From contig CAWGHO010000003.1 in assembly GCA_963822445.1 (NCBI GenBank), forward strand, positions 1,696,001 to 1,760,000: a stretch of 64,000 nucleotides of DNA. The letters run 5' to 3'. Source of the stretch: an uncultured Acidobacteriota bacterium (lineage in GTDB: Bacteria; Acidobacteriota; Thermoanaerobaculia; Gp7-AA8). Made by a program: the position numbers and the translations under genes. The notes below the pieces were generated by a model. It worked only from the letters and a program-made list of their open reading frames with translations. It ran no database searches and was not told where the DNA came from. Every line of letters starts with the position of its first letter. Position 1 is the first letter of the stretch. This document shows positions 60,461-64,000 of the stretch, one piece after another.

Positions 60461-62332
60461 ATGACCTCTGACGGGGTCCTCATGGTCAACCTGCTCTACA
60501 TCGGCCGTGAGGGCGACGCCCGGTCGGTGGGCGATCATCTGGAGCGCGATGCCATCGAGGCCAGGGTTCGCGTCGCCGGGGATCGCGAGGCTGTCCTGCG
60601 TGCGCTTCAGGAGGAAACGCAATGGAGCGCGGTGATCGCCGACGAGACGCTGCCAGGCTGGTCGGCCTTCGAGGCGCTGCAACTCGTTCACGATCGCCAT
60701 CCGAACCTGCCTTTCCTGATCTTGTCGGCCGCGGCCGGCGAGGAGCATGCCATCGACGCCATGCGCGCCGGCGCCAGCGACTGCATCGCCAGGGATCGCC
60801 TCGGCCTGCTTGCCCCGGCGCTGCGCCGCGAATTGCGGGAGGCCGCGACGCGCAGCGAGCGCTCGCATCTGTTCAACGAGCTGCGCCACAACAAGGAACG
60901 CTACCGGAGCACGTTCGAAAGGGCTCCGATCGGCATCGCCAACATCGGCACAGATGGGCGGTTCAGGAGCGTGAACGAGTATTTCTCTGGCGTCACCGGC
61001 TACTCGAAGCGCGATCTGATCGGCCGTCGATTCGAGGAGCTCGTTCATCCGGACGACATCGAGGACGCCGAAATCTGGCAGGCGCAGATCGAAGGGCTCC
61101 GCACGACGGTCGAGCACGAACGCCGTCTGCTGCACAAAGACGGACACACGGTCTGGGTCCGGATCGCGTTCACCCCCATCTTCGGAGACGAGGGGGAGAT
61201 CGAAGAGATCATCGCGCTGGTGAACGACCTCACCGCGCAGCAGCTCACCTCGAATCTGCAACTGCTCCTCGAATCGACAGCCGAGGGAATCGTAGCGGTC
61301 GACGTCGACGGCCGTTGCCAGCTCGTCAACCGCTCGGCCGCGCGCATGCTCGGCACATCCGAGGATGAGCTCACGGGAGTGGAGATGCACGAGGTCTCTC
61401 ACAACCGGTACGCGGACGGCTCGCCGCGATCGGTCGAAGACTGCCCGATCATGGAAGTGCTTCACACGGGGGCGACTCTGGTCATCGCCGACGACACGTT
61501 CTGGCGAGCCGACGGCACACCGTTTCCGGTCGAGTACTCGGCAGCGCCTCTCGTCGAGGACGGAAATACGATCGGAGTTGTCGTCACGTTCAGCGACATC
61601 AGCGAGCGGTTGAAGCTGGAGGCCAAGCTCGAGCAGGACCAGCGCCTCTCCAGCCTGGGCCGTCTCGCGGCGACGGTCGCGCACGAGTTCAACAATGTGC
61701 TGATGGGGATCGCTCCTTTTCTCGAGGTCATCCGGCGGACCACGTCCCGCGAACGGATCGAGTCTGCCCTCGGTCAGATGTCGCTTTCGCTGGCCCGCGG
61801 CAAGCGGATCACCGGCGAGATCCTGCGGTTCACGCAGCCGGCCGCGCTTTCACGGGCGCGAGTCGCTGTCGCCGAGTGGCTGAGCGCGGTCTCCGCCGAG
61901 GCGCATTCGCTTCTTCCTCCGAGCTGCACGCTCGACGTCGTGTCGGAGGAAGGCCTGGCCATCGATGGCGACGTGAGGCAGCTCCATCAGATGCTGACGA
62001 ATCTCATTCTCAACGCCCGCGATGCCATGCCCGCCGGCGGCGTTCTGACGATCCGTGCCTCGCGCGAGCCGGCGGAGGCGAAGTTCCCCTTCGGCATCGT
62101 CGAGCGGCCCGAGCGCTTCGTGCACCTGTCGGTTCGCGACACCGGTACCGGAATGACCGAGGAAACGCGCCGCCACATCTTCGAGCCGCTCTTCACAACC
62201 AGGAAGAGCGGCACGGGCCTGGGCCTTTCGCTCGCCCATCAGATCGTGGCCCGCCACGGCGGCGAGATCTTCGTGGAGAGCGTGCCCGGCGGAGGCACGA
62301 CCTTCCACATCTTCGTTCCCGCGTTGGATTGA
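60461..62332 (+). CDS. Sensor histidine kinase (REC-PAS-PAS-HisKA-HATPase)
   Basis: AHEFNN, NARDAM, DTGTG and GTGLGL motifs; two PAS folds. Confidence 0.93.
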   Translation: MTSDGVLMVNLLYIGREGDARSVGDHLERDAIEARVRVAGDREAVLRALQEETQWSAVIADETLPGWSAFEALQLVHDRHPNLPFLILSAAAGEEHAIDAMRAGASDCIARDRLGLLAPALRRELREAATRSERSHLFNELRHNKERYRSTFERAPIGIANIGTDGRFRSVNEYFSGVTGYSKRDLIGRRFEELVHPDDIEDAEIWQAQIEGLRTTVEHERRLLHKDGHTVWVRIAFTPIFGDEGEIEEIIALVNDLTAQQLTSNLQLLLESTAEGIVAVDVDGRCQLVNRSAARMLGTSEDELTGVEMHEVSHNRYADGSPRSVEDCPIMEVLHTGATLVIADDTFWRADGTPFPVEYSAAPLVEDGNTIGVVVTFSDISERLKLEAKLEQDQRLSSLGRLAATVAHEFNNVLMGIAPFLEVIRRTTSRERIESALGQMSLSLARGKRITGEILRFTQPAALSRARVAVAEWLSAVSAEAHSLLPPSCTLDVVSEEGLAIDGDVRQLHQMLTNLILNARDAMPAGGVLTIRASREPAEAKFPFGIVERPERFVHLSVRDTGTGMTEETRRHIFEPLFTTRKSGTGLGLSLAHQIVARHGGEIFVESVPGGGTTFHIFVPALD

Positions 62333-62351
62333 GATCTGGACTGCGGCTCTC

Positions 62352-62424
62352 CGGTGTGGTGCAGGCCTCTGGCCTGCCCCTCGTTCCCCCGCCCAAAGGC
62401 AGGCCGGAGGCCTGCACCACACCG
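62352..62424. repeat. REP doublet, same family as 10386-10454
   Basis: cggtgtggtgcaggcctctggcctgcc ... ggcaggccggaggcctgcaccacaccg. Confidence 0.85.
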
Positions 62425-62430
62425 CACTCG

Positions 62431-62462
62431 AAAAAAAAACGCCGCTCTTCCGAGCGGCGTTT
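62431..62462 (-). terminator. Intrinsic terminator
   Basis: A9-cgccgctc-ttcc-gagcggcg-ttt. Confidence 0.85.
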
Positions 62463-62484
62463 GCTCACTGCTCTTGTTTGGAGA

Positions 62485-62946
62485 CTACGCCGCGATGGCC
62501 TGGTCTTGGACCAGCTCGTCGCGAATCACGCGAAACGATTTCGCGTCGATCTCGGCGGTCTCGGGATCGAGGAAATAGGCGACGTCCGAGCGGACGCTGG
62601 CGCCGTCGGGATTCTCACCGTTCCACTCCAGAACGGCCCACTGAATGAGCGGATTGAAGATGTTGTGATCCCAACCGAACGCAGCATGCCGGTTGCTGTA
62701 GGCGGCAGTGGCCTCCGATGCCACCACGGCAGAGCTTCCCTGCTCTTCCAGGCGGGTCTTGTAGGCGGCGAACGCCTTGGCGTCGCGCTCGGCGGTCTCG
62801 GCATCGACGAAATACGCAACGTCACGGCGCGGCGCCATTGCCTGCGGTCCCCCGAACTTCTGTCCCACACTGTGACACTTCACTACCAGCCAATGAATCA
62901 TCGGCCGTCCGATTTTGTGATCCCACTCCAACGCAACATAAGCCAT
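62485..62946 (-). CDS. Hypothetical protein with an internal duplication
   Basis: Two copies of WDH-I-P-I-W...DVAYF-D-ETAE-DAK-F; AAGGAG site. Confidence 0.75.
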   Translation of the reverse strand: MAYVALEWDHKIGRPMIHWLVVKCHSVGQKFGGPQAMAPRRDVAYFVDAETAERDAKAFAAYKTRLEEQGSSAVVASEATAAYSNRHAAFGWDHNIFNPLIQWAVLEWNGENPDGASVRSDVAYFLDPETAEIDAKSFRVIRDELVQDQAIAA

Positions 62947-63132
62947 TGTTCAGTCTCCTTGGATGATTGACCGGGCCGGCCCACCGCCGTCCGTTTGTGC
63001 CTACCCTTAAGAGTTATTAGCACGTCGTTATTTCCGGAGTTGCGCCGTTCAGCGCGTGTGCGGAAAGATGGAATACATCTCTATTTTCGGCCATTACTCG
63101 GGGCTCATCTCACAACCAGGTTCGGCCCGAAA

Positions 63133-64000
63133 ATGAACACATCGATCGAATGCCCCGACGACCGTCTGTCGCGTCTGCTCGATGCGCTGCCCGCCATTGC
63201 ATGGTCGGCATCCGCGCAGACGTTCCGATTCACCTACGTCAACCCTGCGGCGGAGATCCTCCTTGGTTATCCGGCCCAGCGGTGGATCGACGAGCCTACC
63301 TTCTGGACCGATCATCTTCATCCCGAGGACCAGCACGTGGCCATGGTCTGTCACAGCGAAACGCTCGCGTGCAGGAATCACGAGCTCGTCTATCGGATGA
63401 TCGCCGCCGACGGCCGCACGGTGTGGCTTCGCGACTACGTCAACGTCCACACCGTGGACGGCGTCCCGGTGGAGCTATTCGGGGTGATGGTCGACATCAC
63501 CCGCGAGCGCGAGGCCGAGGCGGCGTCGCTGGAGAGCCGGGAGAACTTCCGGCGGATGGTCGAGCTGTCGCCCGACTGCATCGGCGTTCACGTCGATGGA
63601 ACGTACGTGTACGTCAATCAGGCATTCGTCGGCCTCCTCGGCGCCAAGAGCGAAGCGGAGATCGTCGGCCGCAGCAGTCTGTCATTCGTCGATCCCGCCA
63701 ATCGCGACGAAGTAAGCGAGCGCCTCGGAAGGCTGCACGCCGGTGAAGCCGTACCGTACGTCCGCCAGAAGTACTTGCGGATCGACGGCACGCTCATCGA
63801 CGTCGAAGTCGCGGCGCTCCCCCTTCGCTACGGAAACCGCGACGCCGTGCAGGTCATCGCCCGCGACATCACCGACCGCGTCCGTGCCGAGGAGGAACTG
63901 CAGGCCCGCGAGGCGCGCCTGCAACTGCTCGCCGCCGGCACGCACGAGGCCATCTGGGAATGGTCTCCCGAGCGGAACGAGCTCTGGACCAACGACGCCT
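63133..64000 (+). CDS. Multi-PAS sensor protein, 3'-truncated by the window edge
   Basis: FTYVN-AAE-LLGY, HPED, YRMIAADGR-VWL and DITDR motifs; frame open to the edge. Confidence 0.85.
   Translation, partial: MNTSIECPDDRLSRLLDALPAIAWSASAQTFRFTYVNPAAEILLGYPAQRWIDEPTFWTDHLHPEDQHVAMVCHSETLACRNHELVYRMIAADGRTVWLRDYVNVHTVDGVPVELFGVMVDITREREAEAASLESRENFRRMVELSPDCIGVHVDGTYVYVNQAFVGLLGAKSEAEIVGRSSLSFVDPANRDEVSERLGRLHAGEAVPYVRQKYLRIDGTLIDVEVAALPLRYGNRDAVQVIARDITDRVRAEEELQAREARLQLLAAGTHEAIWEWSPERNELWTNDA

Overview
High-GC bacterial chromosome segment. Gene content (an acidobacterial-type VWA protein, a secreted protein with a C-terminal RRRSARH tail, an S55 peptidase) suggests Acidobacteriota, probably Thermoanaerobaculia; this is inference. 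Positions 1-51.5 kb are mostly housekeeping: kdsD, lolA, yajQ, coaD, a peptide ABC system, a MacAB-TolC-like exporter, murJ, udk, rpsU, mutS2-dnaG-rpoD, tRNA-Leu and peptidases. Positions 51.5-60.4 kb look accessory: a TIR-STAND NLR-like gene, cassette-like genes, attC-like remnants and pseudogenes. The most unusual signal is non-coding. Seven sites carry arms of about 30-39 nt built from 4-5 tandem 7-mers (one uses 8-mers). Six sites are inverted pairs and one is a single arm, and the unit differs at every site. One pair encloses a four-helix-bundle (23S rRNA IVP/Avd-like) gene inside an ABC operon, looping it out and placing the upstream stop next to the downstream start. Host codons beside several elements lose C on the 5' side and G on the 3' side, and the same switch occurs at two element-free sites inside genes. 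Several REP-like palindrome families also occur, including in-frame and collapsed copies. All counts were made by eye and no database searches were run.
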